A DNA stretch of 64,000 nt from Balanoglossus misakiensis (Eukaryota; Animalia; Hemichordata). The first letter of the stretch is position 1, and every line of letters starts with the position of its first letter. The translations under genes and the position numbers were made by a program. The stretch covers positions 1,040,281-1,104,280 of the forward strand of contig CM082584.2 of assembly GCA_040954595.2 (NCBI GenBank). The letters are read 5' to 3'. Below are positions 62,456 through 64,000 of this stretch, piece after piece. Under the pieces are notes generated by a model. It worked only from the letters and a program-made list of their open reading frames with translations. It was not told the DNA's origin and ran no database searches.

Positions 62456-64000
62456 TATTGTTTTTTTGTAAAACCATAGTTAAACTCCAAAAATCTTCTT
62501 CTCCAGAACGAGCGATGACTGAGTCGCAAGATTCGGGGAGTATGGTCACTACACTGATGTCTATCAAGTTTGCAAAGAGCATTGTGATTGGTCGAAGATT
62601 ATGGCGGCCATATTGGATTTTGTAAAAAACAGAGAAAAATTGAAATTCCTTTTTCTAGTCCAAAAATTGATAGCATACAAATTCTTTTATGGATATCAAT
62701 CGTCATGTGACTAAAATATATAACAATTTTTTGGCGATTTTTCACATGACCTTTGACCTAATTATCACACATTATTATTTCTGCATGTCTAATTCCAGGC
62801 TAACCTATAGGGCTAGAGGTTTGGTTTTTGATGAATGTGGATTAGTGTGTGATCAAAATATTTTGCTACTTTTCATGACCCCTTTGACCTCTGCTGACCT
62901 CATTAATTATGCACATACCTAATTACAGGCGAACCAATAGAGCTAGAGTTTTGGTTTTTGTTGGACATGGACCAGTATGGGTAAAAAAAAATTGCCCAAA
63001 TGTTGGGTGACCTCAGGTGACCTTTGACCTACTTCACCCTATTTCAGCAGCAAAAATACACACATCCTTGTTATGTCATGAGATAATACATCCGATAGAA
63101 AATTCTGTTTCTTCTCATTCATACTGTGCATATATAATTCAAGATCAGCGCTTGGGCCCAACAATGCTGCTCGCAGCTTTAATTAGGGCCCAAGCGCAAG
63201 CAAGCGCTTGGGCCCTATTGGTTTCGTTGGGGTTTTTTAGGGCCCAAGCGCATACCAGCGCTTGGGCCCTATTGGTTTCGTTGGGGTTTTTCTTTCTTCT
63301 TTCTTTCTTTATTCTTGTGTCAATTCTTTGTCGCTCTAGATCTCAGACACCGCTGCAGGTACACTTCTGAAACTTGCTACAGTGGTCAAGGTCAATGAGT
63401 AGTCGTGCATTGAACCTGTGAATTTTTAATTAGTCACGTGACCTGGCGGCCATATTGGATTTTCTGAAAAAATGCAAATCTCAGATCTCCGAAACTACAA
63501 GTCAGATCGACTTCAAATTTGGTGTGCAGGTAGTCTACTTTCTACCCATCATTTTTGTAATTGGATATTTTGCTGTAAATGTTGCAGTTTTTTTGCTACA
63601 ATTTTTTTTCTGAAATCTGGCTTAAATTTCAAAAATCTTCTTCTCCAGAACCGGTGATAACTGAGTCACGCGGTTTGGGGTATGTGGTCACCTAACTGAT
63701 GTCTATCAAGTTTGCGAAGATCATTGTGATTGGTCGAAGATTATGGCGGCCATATTGGATTTTCGAAAAACCATAGTAAAACTTCAAAAATCTTCTTCTC
63801 AAGAACGGGCGATAACCGAGTCACAAGATTTGGTGTGTGTGGTCATTAAACAGGTGTCTATCAAGTTTGCGAAGGGGAATGTGATTGGTCGAAGATTATG
63901 GCGGCCATATTGGATTTTGTGAAAAACGATTAAAAAGTAAAAATTCCTTTTCTAGCCTAAAAATTGATAGCACAGAAATTCTTTTTATGGATATGAATCA
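62456..64000 (+). mobile_element. Head-to-tail Helentron-associated (HINE-like) non-autonomous elements; junction ~63184
   Basis: 3' end GCGCTTGGGCCC..GCTGCTCGCAGC is followed by TTAGGGCCCAAGCGC..GCGCTTGGGCCCTA palindromes (63184-63217, 63238-63271). Internal repeats GTCTATCAAGTTTGC..GGCGGCCATATTGGATT. Confidence 0.6.

Overview
AT-rich, intron-containing, repeat-dense animal genomic DNA, probably from a marine invertebrate (inference). No intact host gene is recognisable, and nearly all of the window is nested mobile elements. The main object is a complete 7.47-kb cut-and-paste transposon (6925-14395, CAC...GTG ends, 4-bp TSD CAGA). Its 10-exon minus-strand gene encodes a ~1059-aa RAG1-like, Chapaev-type transposase: RAG1 N-terminal 'Chapa' zinc finger, RING, C2HC finger, then a RAG1/Transib-like DDE core. 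It has no RAG2 partner. Its ends are bipartite and asymmetric like V(D)J RSSs: a CAC-initial heptamer, a spacer of 11 or 20 bp, then an identical 25-bp box. The gene's only visible lesion is a 1-nt frameshift in an A9 run. Other elements: a very young Gmr1-type Gypsy (integrase before RT; 15451-25620) interrupted by an RT-less Gypsy carrying self-templated patches and a -1 frameshift signal; a Troyka-type LTR element with CG...CG termini and 3-bp TSD inside a truncated L2/CR1-group LINE inside a 309-bp satellite; scrambled RPA-like OB-fold exons within a large inverted architecture; several MITEs and Helentron-like non-autonomous elements; and microsatellites. All coordinates and alignments were read by eye and family names come from recalled literature; no searches were run.
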